Part shown: in pieces, positions 1 to 12,359 of the stretch | Numbering within the stretch: position 1 is the first letter of the stretch | Layout of the letters: the number at the start of each line of letters is the position of its first letter | Assembly (NCBI RefSeq): GCF_006345805.1 | Contig: NC_043016.1 | Span: 8,618,001 to 8,682,000, forward strand | DNA length: 64,000 bases | DNA from: Octopus sinensis | Taxonomy: Eukaryota | Direction: 5' to 3' | Made by a program: the position numbers and the translations under genes | Notes under the pieces: model-generated | The model's input: the letters and a program-made list of their open reading frames with translations, nothing else | The model's database searches: none | What the model was told of the DNA's origin: nothing

Positions 1-340
1 CTGGCTTCCCAGATCCCGGTCAAACCGTCCAACCCATGCTAGCATGAAAAACGGACGTTAAACGACGATGATGATGATGATGATGATGATTAGCTCAACC
101 CCCCTCCATCAGATCAATGTCACTTAAACAGGTGCATGGGGTACAACATATCAGATGTGAATGTGATCACAGAGTAACCTGTCCAAGAACACAATGCAAC
201 ACCTGGTCCAGGAGTCAAAATTAAACAATTTTGTGATCAATGAGTGCAACACCCTTAGTCACTAGGCCGCAAATGTAGACACATTACAATCTCCATCACC
301 ACTGCCTTCATTATTTTTACACTTACAGACAAGTTAGGGG

Positions 341-870
341 TTAGGGTATATAGAAGGAAAGTTGTAGCATTGTATGACTTATTAGACATAAACCAGGAAT
401 GTATATGTGTGTACAGCATGGCAACTGACCAGGTTCACAGGGTTGCACCACAGAAAAGGTATAAGAACACTTTGAAGAAATCATGGTACTTATAATACTG
501 ACCATTGCCAGCAGTCTTTTTTCACGTTTGCATAGATTCAGATGCATCCTTTGTCATTTTCATAAAGAACAATCTCTCATGATCAGTCTTCACCACTTCA
601 TTTTGTCTTCTTCCTTAGATGACTCCTTTTTCTACAAGTTCCAACCATTTTGAATGGTGAGCACTTTCATAATTCAACTGCCATCTTCCAAAAACATTAC
701 ATACCTCAGGTCAGCATAAGTTTTCTCTTTTGCATGCTACATCCCATTTGTCTTATATACAGTTTCTCTTTCATTTTATTCATGTTCCACTGTTTGTGCA
801 CACTTTACATATTCAGCAAAGCATACTTGTCTCATTTCTTACCAGTCTTTGCAAAATATATCCTCTGCAT
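341..870 (-). mobile_element. Degenerate RTE LINE 3' end plus probable 3' UTR
   Basis: Minus strand reads RLVRNETSML...EKL...GTCRK..., resembling the RTE C-terminus also seen at 48580. Segment 341-540 has a diverged second copy at about 1340-1540. Confidence 0.45.
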
Positions 871-2350
871 TCAACAATAAATGGCACCAGTACAGCGGTG
901 CCGTTTATTATAAAGTGGTTGACAAATAAATGGAAACAATGTGGGCAGAGAGAACCTTTCAGTCTTGCTAAGGACATGATAACCTCTTTAGTGCTGGCGC
1001 CCACAATAAAATGCGCACCGAACATGTTGTAAAGCAGTTGGTGTTAGAGAGGTCATCCAGCCGTAGAAACCAAGCCAAAAGTCTGGGAGAAAATAACACC
1101 AAATAAGAAGTGATTCAGACCTGAAACAACCCATCCATCCTAGCAAGGAAAGTAACAGATGATGATGACACCGCCGACGACACCAACAACGAGGTGGCGG
1201 GGGGGAAGGGGATTAAGAGGAGGAGGAGGAGGAGGAGGACCTAAACTGTGAAATCATCAGCTTTGAATGAATGAATAAACTCTTCAACACACATCAAGTA
1301 GTACTCCTCTCATTCATATATCCAAAATTAGAATTTTATGGCAGACAAGTCGTTATCTATAGAAGAAAAAGTTGTAGCATTGCATGAATTATTAGATATA
1401 ACGAGAAATTGCATTGCAGCTGACCATTTTGACCATTTTGACAAAAGTGGCATCATGGAAAAGGTATAAGAACACCCTGAAGAAATCACGGTGCCTATCA
1501 TACTGACTACTGTCAGTAGTCTACTGTAACCTCTAACCATGAGGCCTGGCTCCATGTACAGGGGTGACTTTGAGAGTAAAAAGAAGCTAAGGAAGAACCG
1601 TGATACAGCATATCAAAATCAGAACAACATTTCTCTTGCAGCAGCTGTAGATGTATTTGTCTGTGTTGTATGGTCAAGTCAGTCATAGTCAAGCCAAATC
1701 ACGATGGTTCCTAAGCATCGTCAATAGAATGGCAGTGTCTTGGCAGTATATTTCTTTTCCAAAAATATAAACATGGTCTTATATAAAAATTCTACCAAAA
1801 ATTATTTACCAACAGCGATCCATTCAGCTGGTAGTTCAACAGTACGGAATAAATTTCAATGACATTATGAAATAAAAAAAATCAAACCAATCTATATACA
1901 ATTTTTCTTCATTTCTTTTTTCTCCGTCTAAACATTCTATCTTTCTTAAACAAAAGCTTTGGCATTTTCCTAATAAACTAATGCCAATAATCAATTCACC
2001 ATTTCTTATATCAAACTTTCTTTAAAAACAACAATCCTTTATGAAAGGAAAATATTTTACATGAATATTTGTGTGAGTCTCAATAAAATAACACAAGATA
2101 AATTTTTAACTCTGACAATTCTCTTCTGTTTTGTTCTGTACATTCACATTATTCTATGAATCCATAAAAATTCAGAACCAACACAGGAACAGTTGTGTGA
2201 CCAACAAATTAACTCCGCAATGACATATTCCTGGGTTTGATCCCACCAGTGTTTGTGGTACTTTGTGCAAATGTCTTTTACCACAGCATTTGGCTTTCCT
2301 CCTGCTTTCTATCACCTTTCCTCCTCTTTTCTTCCTTATTCTCCTTTCCT

Positions 2351-2388
2351 GTTTCTGATGAAGGGCTAGTGCCCGAAACATTAAAGAC
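2351..2388 (+). ncRNA. Decayed minimal type I hammerhead-ribozyme motif (Penelope-like-element type)
   Basis: CTGATGA (2355-2361), A, stem GGGC-tagt-GCCC, GAAAC, ATTA, AAGAC. The upstream GTTT partly complements AAGAC. Confidence 0.5.
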
Positions 2389-2462
2389 TCCTTCCATTTT
2401 CTTAAGTATTGTACTAATACGAATAACACATTTGTTAAAACTTGTCACTCTTGTTTTTGATC

Positions 2463-2465
<3 letters not shown>

Positions 2466-2497
<32 letters not shown>

Positions 2498-2499
2498 AC

Positions 2500-2530
<31 letters not shown>

Positions 2531-2578
2531 TGTATGTATGTATGTATGTATGCATGCATGCATGCATGTATGTACATA
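2466..2578. repeat. Compound microsatellite (CA)n-(TATG)n-(CATG)n
   Basis: Directly visible. Confidence 0.95.
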
Positions 2579-3039
2579 CATATAAGCACACACGACACAC
2601 ACGATAATTTGTTTTATACTTTCTGTATTTTCTTGTAATTCAAAGTCAGCATACATCATGAAAAACAGAAGACTAAAAAATCTCTCTAGTGTCTCACACT
2701 CTGATTTCATAGACATTGTTTTGTTCTATTTCCAATTCTTTCTTTTATTTCAATTGTCTGTTTAAGTCAGGCTTCTTATCTAACATCTTCTTCGTCCCCA
2801 CCTCACAAGCATATCCTCTCTTGTTGGTACATCACTTTACAACATACTAAGATACAATTAAAGTGTCATATTTCTCATCGTCTTTCTCTTTTGTATTTCT
2901 GTCCTTCCATTTTAACCTTCCCTCTCCCCATGTCATAAATTTGATCACATATGTCTCTCACTTTATATTTCTTTCTCTCTAAGTCTTTTTCTTCAATTCT
3001 CTTTCTTCCTCTCAGCTTCAGCCACTGTACTTTTACTGC

Positions 3040-3374
3040 CTCGATCAACATCAATGGAAATTGTAGTTGTGATACCAGAACCGGTGGCACATTAAAGAAC
3101 CATCCAAACGTCGCTGTTGCCAGCACCGCCCTGACTGGCCTCCGTGCCAGTGGTACATAAATAGCACCAATCATGGTCATTTGCCAGCTTCATCTGGCAC
3201 GTAAAAAGCACCCACTACACTCACGGAGTGGTTGGCGTTAGGAAGGGCATCCACCTGTAAAAATTCTGCCAGATGAGACTGGGCCTGGTGCAGCCTTCCG
3301 GCTTCCCAGACCCCATTTGAACCGTCCAACCCATGCTAGCATGGAAAGCGGACGTTAAACGATGATGATGATGA
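3040..3374 (+). mobile_element. SINE family E copy with (GAT)n tail
   Basis: Contains ggcacgtaaaagcacc subrepeats and ends ...ccaacccatgctagcatggaaagcggacgttaaacgatgatgat. Related copies at about 1-90, 6500-6700, 10040-10555, 38326-38490, 44170-44495, 49590-49788, 50380-50615, 56983-57230 and 59490-59680. Confidence 0.8.
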
Positions 3375-3405
3375 CATCACTCATCTGTTATATGTATCTA
3401 TTTAA

Positions 3406-3620
3406 CCCTTTCATTACTGTATTTCTGTTGAGATGCTCTGTGTTTCTTTCAATTAATTTTAAATATAACAAAGAATTTAGTAAAATAACTTAGTTATCAT
3501 TAAGCTAGTGTTAGGAACATAAATTGTGACTTAGGTTTGGAGGAAGATTTTAATTCAAAACTTATGGAATCAAGACATTTGTACTCAGAGCCAGTTTCAG
3601 CCAGGTTAGTATCAAAAGGG
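3406..3620. mobile_element. piggyBac-like MITE, copy 1
   Basis: TTAA|CCCTTTCATTAC...ATCAAAAGGG|TTAA: TTAA target with CCC/GGG termini. Confidence 0.7.
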
Positions 3621-3651
3621 TTAAGAATTGTTTCTCTATTATATATTTAGA

Positions 3652-3871
3652 CCCTTTCATTACTGTATTTCTGTTGAGATGCTCTGTGTTTCTTTCAATT
3701 AATTTTAAATATAACAAAGAATTTAGTAAAATATTTTGGTATCATAAAGCTAGTGTTAGGAACATAAATTGTGACTAAGGTTTGGTGAAAGATTTTAATT
3801 CAAAACTCATGAAAACAAGACGTTTGTACTCAGAGCCAGAGCCAGTTTCAGACGGGTTGGTAACGAAAGGG
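3652..3871. mobile_element. piggyBac-like MITE, copy 2 (direct orientation, about 30 bp after copy 1)
   Basis: CCCTTTCATTAC...GTAACGAAAGGG|TTAA; internal sequence nearly identical to copy 1. Confidence 0.7.
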
Positions 3872-3889
3872 TTAAACACATTCACAGCT

Positions 3890-4560
3890 GTATAGCTAAG
3901 AGGTTTGGTTCCAAACCAGATGGTTTCACATTCAGTCTCATTGCATGACACCTTGAGCAAGTGTCTCCTACAATAGCCCTAGGCTAATCAAAGCCATCTT
4001 AGTGGATTTAGTAGGCAGAGACTGAAAGTAAAGCTTGTTGTATATACCTTTTACTTGTTTCAGCCATTGAATTGTAGCTATGCTGGGATACCACCTGGAA
4101 GGGTTCGGATAAACAAATCAGTCTCAGTACTTTTTTATTTAACCCTGGTTAAAGAAGAAAAAGAAGAAGAAGAAGAAGAAGAAGAAGAGGGGGGGAGGAG
4201 AAGAAGAAGAAGAAGAAGAAAAAGAAGAAGAAAAAGGAGCAGGAGCAGGAGCAGGAGGAGAAAAAGAAGAAGAAGGAGAACTTATTCTATTAGTCACTAT
4301 TGTCGAACTGGTAAGTCACAGGAATGTAAACAAACTAACACCAGTTGTCAAGCAGTGTCAGAGGACAAACATAACATGAAGATACACACACATACATACA
4401 AATATATATACACAATGGTTTCTTTTCCTTTCTATGTACCAAATCCACTCACAATACTTTGGTCAGCCTGGGGCCACAGTAGAAGGCAGCATGCAATGGG
4501 ACTGAACCCAGAATCAAGTGGTTGAGAAACAAACCTCTTACCACATAGCTATGCTTGCAC
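3890..4560. mobile_element. SINE-A head (+) followed by an inverted SINE-A (-) interrupted by a (GAA)n/(GGA)n tract at about 4153-4280
   Basis: Decayed matches to the family A consensus in both orientations. Confidence 0.6.
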
Positions 4561-4719
4561 CTATAAATATGTGTGTGTGTGTGTGTGTGTATAACTGTCT
4601 CTTGATATCATGATATCATATGTGTGATAGTTGTGAGAGGTGTTCTTCATTTCCAGTCTTCCAAAACTAGAAATGCAGTTATCACTAATTCACTTTCACT
4701 TATCAACAGAGTCAATTAT

Positions 4720-6381
4720 TTGCCGAGGCTTTTTCAACTATTTTCAAACAAGATGATGGTCGTGAACCCCCTCCATTTGATAGATCGGTACCTCCAATGC
4801 TTCGATTGGTCATCACGCGGGACGAAGTCAAACGAGTTATTCAAGACCTCGATGTCAACAAGGGTCACGGCCCTGACGGCATACACCCACGGGTTATCAA
4901 AGCGTTGGCTCCGGTCATCTGCGAGCCCTTAACGCGACTATTCAATATGTCATTGGCGACGAGTGTTATACCTGCACACTGGAGAACAGCGATAATCTGC
5001 CCAATTTTCAAGAAAGGGAGCCGCGAAGACCCGCTTAACTACCGACCGGTTTCCCTTACATCAATAATCAGCAAGATGTTCGAAACCATCCTTAAGAAAA
5101 GTATGATGCTCCACCTCCTAAACACAGCCTCTATCTCTGATTCCCAACACGGCTTCGTGCCGAAGAGATCATGCTAGTAATGGAAGAATTGGTGACGCGC
5201 ATCCTCGATGATAGTGATGCTGTTGACATCGTTTTACTGGATTTTGCCAAAGCTTTTGACTCGGTAAACCACCGCCTATTACTTGTCAAGCTTCAAGCAT
5301 ATAGTTTCCATCCGGATATTGTACAATGGGTTGGTGCCTTCCTCTCAGATCGCTCCTTCCAAGTCCAAGTTAATGGTTCGCGGTCCGACGTCTCCAGTGC
5401 GAGCAGTGGCGTGCCTCAAGGTTCAGTGCTTGGGTCCTTGTTTTCTTAGTCTTCATAACTGACTTGCGACGCGACCTCACGCAACACACCCTTCTATTTG
5501 CCGACGATATCAAACTGGTCGCTCCTCGCGGTAATATAGAGGATCTTCGTCGATGCCTCCACCAAATTTGGAAGTGGTCTAACGATTGGGACCTGTGTCT
5601 GAACGTGTCAAAGTGCTGTCATCTGCCTGTCGGCTCTACTCCTGCAACTCAACTTGATTTCGAGCCAGGTCATCTGCTGCTGGAGAGGACCGATCAGGTA
5701 AAGGACCTAGGTATCTTGGTGGATTCCTCCTTTTCGCCTTCGGCCCAGTGCGTCCATGCTGCCAACAAAGCACACGGAATCTGTTCTTGATTCGACGGTC
5801 ATTCGGAATGCTCACAGCAGCCATATTCCTACCACTCTATGTCACGCTGGTGAGACCCATATTGGAGTATGGGATTCAAGCCTCTTCTCCTTATCTCCTC
5901 AAAGACATACAGCATCTCGAAAGAGTCCAGAAGCTGGCTACCCGCATGGTTCATGGTCTCAAAAATTTGTCCTACGAAGAAAGGCTGAGGACGCTCGACC
6001 TTTATTCTCTTGAAAAACGCCGCCGCCGTAGTGATCTCATTCTCGCCCACAACATCATAAGCGGAAAGTGTAACCTCTCGAAAGAGCTGTTCTTCACTCC
6101 TGCTCCAGAGCGTCGGCTGCGGGGTCATTCCGAAAAGCTCTACCTGCGACGATTTCATCTCAATCGAAGGAGAGGAGCTTTCTCCGTCCGGGTTGCGGAT
6201 CTGTGGAACAAGCTGCCAGACGAGATGGTAAAGATGCCGACGACCGCTTTGTTCAAAGCCTCCCTGGACCTCAAGTGGCCTGAACTCTTTACATGAACAC
6301 CACCCTGTACTTAACTCCATGTCCCCCTACATGGCCTTGCTATTTGCTTTTGAGCCAAATTAACTAACTAACTAACTAACT
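4720..6381 (+). pseudogene. 5'-truncated CR1-clade LINE ORF2 (reverse transcriptase), frameshifted, (TAAC)n tail
   Basis: Motifs GHGPDGIHPRVIK, PIFKKGSREDPLNYRPVSLTS, QHGFVPKRSC, LDFAKAFDSV, GVPQGSVLG, LFADDIK, LERVQKLATRMV, FSVRVADLWNKLP, spread over shifted frames (4797-5177, 5171-5449, 5464-5790, 5748-6296). Ends aattaactaactaactaactaact. Confidence 0.93.
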
Positions 6382-7223
6382 TTCTCTCCTAAATGCGAGT
6401 ATCCATGTAGCCACTAGATAAGAACCTGCTTCTACCCCGACCCCTTCTCTCATACTTTAAAACCCAAACTAGTATAAGGGGATGCTTCTTCAGGTTTCGT
6501 AGACTTGTATGGCAACCTCACTGGTGCCTAGTGTAAAGTGGTTGGTGCTAGTGTAAAGTGGTTGGTGCATAGAAACTATGCCAAAGCAGACACAAGACCA
6601 TGACGCAGTCCTTGAAACTCATCAGGTCCTGTCTACATGTCCAATCCATGCAACATGGAACATGGACATTAAATGATGATGATGGTGATGATGATGATAT
6701 GTGGGTGTCTGTGTGTATATTTATGCAACATTATATGCAATATTCCTCAAACAGGCAGTTTTGACAATCAAAGTCTCTGAATTTGAAACATTTTCTAAAG
6801 TGAAACGCTTGCAACGTCTCCATGTTAATTATGAATTGATTTTGACCAGTAATAACTTTTCATGCAAAGAATACCTAATTCTACCAAGAACAACATACAA
6901 CCTATGTGTGAACATTGTGTTAAGGACACAAATGCCACATTTTGATGAGCTTTGCGGTTGACTTTTGTTTATCAACACAGCATATGCATTCTGATAGGTA
7001 GCTGACGCTGTCTTAAAGCAAAGGACGAATCTTTATCAAGGTTGATGTGAGGAATTAGCAAAATATGCCCCGTGCCGAATTTTCCTCGCTTTTCTGAAAG
7101 TGTCAGTAGCAGGTTTCTTGAAAATGACTATGGGAAATTAATCATTCAACCATATTCCTGAAATTATGGGAAAGAAAGAACTGAGGCGAACAGACAGTGC
7201 CTGGGAGTCTGGATTATTTGTGT

Positions 7224-8320
7224 AAAAGAAAGAAAGAAAGAAAGAAAAAGGAAGGAAGGAAGGAAGGAAGGAAGGAAGGAAGGAAGGAAGCAAGCAAGCA
7301 AGCAAGGAATGAAGGAAGGAAGGAAGGAAGGAAAGACGGAAGGAAGCAAGGAAGGAAGGAAGGAAGGAAAGACAGAAGGAAGGACGGAAGGAAAGACAGA
7401 AGGAAGGACGGAAGGAAGGAAGGAAGAAAGGAAGCAGGAAGGAAGGAAAGAAGAAAGGAAGGAAGGAAGGAAGGAAGGAAGGAAGGAAGGAAGGAAAGAC
7501 GGAAGGAAGCAAGGAAGGAAGCAAGGAAGGAAGCAAGGAAGGAAGAAGCAGGAAGGAAGGAAGGAAGGAAGGAAGGAAGGAAGGAAGCAAGAAAGGGAAG
7601 CAAGGAAGGAAGCAAGCAAGGAAGGAAGCAAGGAAGCAAGCAAGCAAGGAAGAATGAAGGAAGGAAGGAAGGAAGGAAGAAGGACGGAAGAAACAAGGAA
7701 GGAAGGAAGACAGAAGAAAGGACGGAAGGAAGAAGGAAGGAAGAAGGAAGCAAGGAGGAAGGAAGAAGAACGAAGAAGGAAGGAAGGAAGAAGGAAGGAA
7801 GGAAGGAAGAAGGAAGGAAGGAAGGAAGGAGGGAGGAAGGGAGGAAGGAAGGAAGGACGGAAGGAAGGAAGGACGGAAGGAAGGATGGAAGGAAAGACGG
7901 AAGGAAGCAAGAAGGAAGCAAGGAAGGAAGGAAGGAAGGAAGAAGGAAGGAAGGAAGGAAAGAAGCAAGGAAGGAAGGAAGGAAGGAAGGAAGGAAGGAA
8001 ACAAGGAAGGAAGGAAGGAAGGAAAGAAGGAAGGAAGGAAGGAAGGAAGAAGGAAGGAAGGAAGGGAGGGAGGAAGGGAGGAAGGAAGGAAGGACGGAAG
8101 GAAGGATGGAAGGAAAGACGGAAGGAAGCAAGGAAGGAAGCAAGGAAGGAAGGAAGAAGGAAGGAAAGAAGGAAGGAAGGAAGGAAGGAAGGAAAGAAGC
8201 AAAGAAGGAAGGAAGGAAGGAAGGAAGGAAGGAAAGAAACAAGGAAGGAAGGAAAGAAGCAAGGAAGGAAGGAAGGAAGGAAGGAAAGACAGAAGGAAGG
8301 AAAGACGGAAGGAAGGAAGG

Positions 8321-8355
<35 letters not shown>

Positions 8356-8765
8356 GAAGGAAGGAAGGAAGGAAAGACGAAAGGAAGGAAGCAAGGAAGG
8401 AAGGAAGCAAGGAAGGAAACAAGGAAGGAAGGAAGGAAGGAAGGAAGGACGGAAGCAAGGAAGGAAGGACGGAAGCAAGGAAAGACGGACGGAAGGAAGG
8501 AAGGAAGGAAGGAAGCAAGGAAGCAAGGAAGGAAGGAAGGAAGGAAGCAAGGAAGGAAGGAAGCAAGGAAGGAAGGACGGAAGCAAGGAAAGATGGAAGG
8601 AAGGAAGAAGGAAAAGGAAGGAAGCAAGGAAGCAAGCAAGCAAGCAAGCAAGGAAGCAAGGAAGCAAGGAAGCAAGGAAGGAAGGAAGGAAGCAAAGAAG
8701 GAAGGAAGGAAGGAAGCAAGGAAGGAAGGAAGGAAGGAAGGAAAGACGGAAGGAAGGAAGGAAAA
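7224..8765. repeat. About 1.54-kb compound (GGAA)n/(GCAA)n/(GAAA)n polypurine satellite
   Basis: The plus strand is almost devoid of T. This tract generates the ~500-aa low-complexity ORFs. Confidence 0.97.
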
Positions 8766-9029
8766 TAGACAGAATGATAGATAACACTTCATATTTTACA
8801 GAATATTCATTAAGTTTTCTAAAATGACAATTATGAATGGATGTTCATATTTTTGCTTACTTTTCATAATATTTTACTTCTTTTAAAATAAGTTCTTTTC
8901 AAACAAAAGTAGCTTTATAACTTAACTATATGTTTTTAATGATAGTGTTATACAATCAGAACAGTTTGGCAAGAGAGGTGGGGACGGAGACAGACCCACA
9001 AACGGGCAGTTAACTGTGTCTATATTAAA

Positions 9030-9534
9030 TCTTTATATATAAAACTGTAGTTGTGTGAGTGTCTGTCTCCTACGATTTAGATTCCTAACTACTCCCACAT
9101 TTTGCGGTGCAGTTTAACCAAATTCGGGTATCTTATAGTCGTGATTCATATCGAGCCTGTCTGGGTATTAGCGCGCGCATCTACGATGAGTCTACGATTT
9201 TAAAAATAATTTAACATCATTTTTTATTCCATTTTAATGCATAATTTTTCGTGTCGATGGCGGCGGTTGGCGTCCATGGTCACACACTACCTGCACCTGT
9301 TTGCTTCTCCCCCTTCTTCCCTCCCTCGTGAAGCTGTGGGGAAGGGAGTGTAAGGAAATCAATGTCGTAAAGCGTTGTCAAGGAGACTAGCGTTCTTTTA
9401 GAACAACGACTTCATGGCTTGAAGACACCAAAACAGAAATGGCTAAGAAAGCCCGAATTGGCATCTATAAGGGAAGTAACTCTCTAAAAATGCTTATATA
9501 GTTATTTCCCTTACAAACCCGAGCATACTGCTAG
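9030..9534 (+). mobile_element. Non-autonomous Helitron, copy 1 (3' hairpin damaged)
   Basis: A|TCTTTATATATAAAAC...CCCGAGCATACTGCTAG|T; near-identical to 56255-56763. Confidence 0.8.
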
Positions 9535-9640
9535 TTGTTAATAAAAGCCTGGTCTCTTGAAGATTTATGCTTCAAAAAATCAATCTCTGGTTGAAATTTA
9601 TCTAACTAAAATTTCAAATTGTGGGGGGGGGGGGAAATCT

Positions 9641-9676
<36 letters not shown>

Positions 9677-10689
9677 ATATCAACTGCTGAAACACTGAGA
9701 GTAAACAGAAATATTTCATACAGGAAAAGTTTAAATTTTCAATTTATTTATCTATTTTCTGTCCCCTCCAAGTCATTCATTTATATTTATGGCTTACATA
9801 TCCCTAGTTTTTATCATATAAGTCAATAGTAAAGATAAGGAAGAGTCATAAGTTCCTCTGTTATTATGGACAAAAATTTTCAAGTGGTTTTGTTTGCAAT
9901 ATCTTATCCATATGAACCAAAGTCCCTTAAACAGTAGAACATAAACTCCACAGGCTTTTCCCATTTCCTTGCCAAAACTCACTACTATAAATAACTTTCA
10001 CTATATATTATACTTATATATGTGCGTGTGATCATTACCGCATCACCTTACTAGCACTTGTGCTGGTGGCACGTGAAACAGACACCCACATATCATCATC
10101 ATCATCATCACCATTTAATGTCCATGTTCCATGTTGCATGGATTGGACATGTAGACAGGACCTGATGAGTTTCAAGGACTGCGTCATGGTCTTGTGTCTG
10201 CTTTGGCATAGTTTCTATGGTTGGTTACCCTTCCTAACACCAACCACTTTACACTAGGCACTAGTGGCACGTGAAACATTCGAGCAAGGTCGTCACCAGT
10301 GCCACTGGACTGGCTCCTGTGCAGGTGGCACATAAAAAGCACCATTTGAGCGTGGCCGTTGCCAGTACCACCAAACTGGCCCTCGTGCCGGTGGCACGTA
10401 AAAGCACCCACTACACTCTCGGAGTGGTCAGCGTTTAGGAAGGGCATCCAGGTGTATAAACTCTGCCAGATCAGATTGGAGTCTGGTTCGCCAGACCTCA
10501 GTCAAATCGTCCAACCCATGCTAGCATGGAAAGCGGATGTTAAAAAATGATGATGTGTGTGTGTATTGTGTATGAACTACTGTCATATCTGACAGCAGAG
10601 GCTCATCAGTGTCTTCATGAACAATTGCTATAAAAATCTTCAATTAAATAAACAAGCCTTTATTGTTTTAAACTCAAGATATCATTTAT

Positions 10690-11048
10690 CTTTTACTAGT
10701 TTCAGTCATTAGACCGTGGCCATGCGGGGGCACCACTTTGAAGAATTCTTTGCCAAATGAATCAACCCAAGAACTTTTTATTTTTAAGTCTGTTATTTTA
10801 TTAGTCTATTTTTGGTGTACCATTAAGTCAAAGGGATATAAACACCGATTGTCAAGCAGTAGTGGGAAGACAAACACACACACACACATATACATATATG
10901 TGACAGACCTCTGTCAGTTTCTATCTACCAAATCTACTCGTGGGACTTTGGTCGGCCACTGGCTATAATAGAAAACACTCCCCCAAGGTTTTGAACCTGG
11001 AACAATGTGGTTCTGAAGCAACCTTCTTAACCACACAAACATGCCTGT
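10690..11048 (-). mobile_element. SINE-A (decayed)
   Basis: Reverse complement of the family A tail (gtttcagtcatt...gccatgc) through to the head. Confidence 0.7.
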
Positions 11049-11514
11049 ATCTATGTCTAAGAGAATTTACTTCAGTCTCTCTACGTTCTGATTTCAAATT
11101 CTACCAAGGTTGATTTTTGCCATAGACTGTAGCAGGGGTAGGGTTTAATTCAATTAGCTGTGTAACTGTCTCCTAGAAATAATAGCTGGCCTCAATATCC
11201 TCTGAACAATTACTGCTTAAAGAAACCTGCAGTGAAATATGTTGACTATTGTGTGTCAAGGACTTCTTAACAAAAGTAGTAGAATAAAATAATGAAAGAA
11301 ATGTTAAAATAACAATGAAATCAAATTTCATGACTGTTACAGACAGGAAGATGGGTGGCGAAAAAAGGGTGGGTATATAGATAGATGGACAGAAAAATAG
11401 ATAGATTTTATTATATAATATTATATATATATATATATATATATAAAGAAATGAGCAAAACAGATGAACAGTTAGATAGACTGATGGATAAATAGATGGG
11501 TAGGTGGATAGACA

Positions 11515-11728
11515 AGTTAGCATGCCGAGAGAAATGCTTAGCGGTATTTAACCTGCTGCTATGTTCTGAGTTCAAATTCCACCGAGGTCGACTTTGCCTT
11601 TCATCCTTTCGGGGTCGATTAAATAAGTACCAGTTATGCACTGGGGTCGATGAAATCGACTTAATCAGTCTGTCTGTCCTTGTTTGTCCTCTGTGTTTAG
11701 CCCCTTGTGGGTAGTAAAGAAATGGGTA
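11515..11728 (+). mobile_element. SINE-B (tRNA-like head, about 230 bp)
   Basis: gttctgagttcaaattcc B-box-like motif, core gaggtcgactttgcctttcatcctttcggggtcga, tail gtagtaaagaaat. Confidence 0.85.
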
Positions 11729-12044
11729 AGTAAGTAGGCAGCAACAAAATTTTTTGGCTGCCAATACAGCCAAAACTACATCTGGCTCCGTGATGCAAAA
11801 CTTCTCATGCTTTGACTATCAGTTAAAGATGTCTTCGAATATTTTCTAAAAATTGTATTATTTTTATATTTGTCCAAGAATCAAAAATGTGAAACTCAGG
11901 TCAATGATTTACGACTTTTTCTTTTATTATCAACTTCCAAAAAAATTCTAATATTTCCTTCTAGTAATACCAATAACTACTTTTTCTCTTTTTGTTTATA
12001 TTCATATACTTTAGCTCTTTTATCTATTCACAGACTGCTAAAAT

Positions 12045-12253
12045 ACCTATTTCTTTACTCCCCACAAGGGGCTAAAGACAAAGAGGACAAATAAGGACAG
12101 ATAAAGGGATTAAGTCGATTACATCAACCCCCAGTGCGTAACTGGTACTTAATTTATCGATCCCGAAAGGATGAAAGGCAAAGTCAACCTCGGTGGAATT
12201 TGAACTCAGAACATAACGGCAAACGAAATACAGCTACACATTTCACTCGGTTT
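12045..12253 (-). mobile_element. SINE-B with 10-bp TSD ctgctaaaat
   Basis: TSD at 12035-12044 and 12254-12263. Confidence 0.85.
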
Positions 12254-12359
12254 CTGCTAAAATTCCAGTTGATAATGGAACAGCTGCAGCTGCTGAATTT
12301 TGTCACATTTTACCTACCAAAAAATTTCCTGCATTTTCCAAAAAGGGAATATTTGAATT

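Noticed and set aside
341-1540. Plus-strand reading KRYKNTLKK in the duplicated segments, resembling the RTE motif KRYKDTLK
   Set aside because: The first copy is contiguous with a minus-strand RTE ORF end, so it is more likely 3' UTR read backwards and the match may be coincidental.
7138-8792. Five ORFs of 490-550 aa (LPSF- and KEGR-rich)
   Set aside because: Direct translations of the (GGAA)n satellite, which lacks stop codons by composition.
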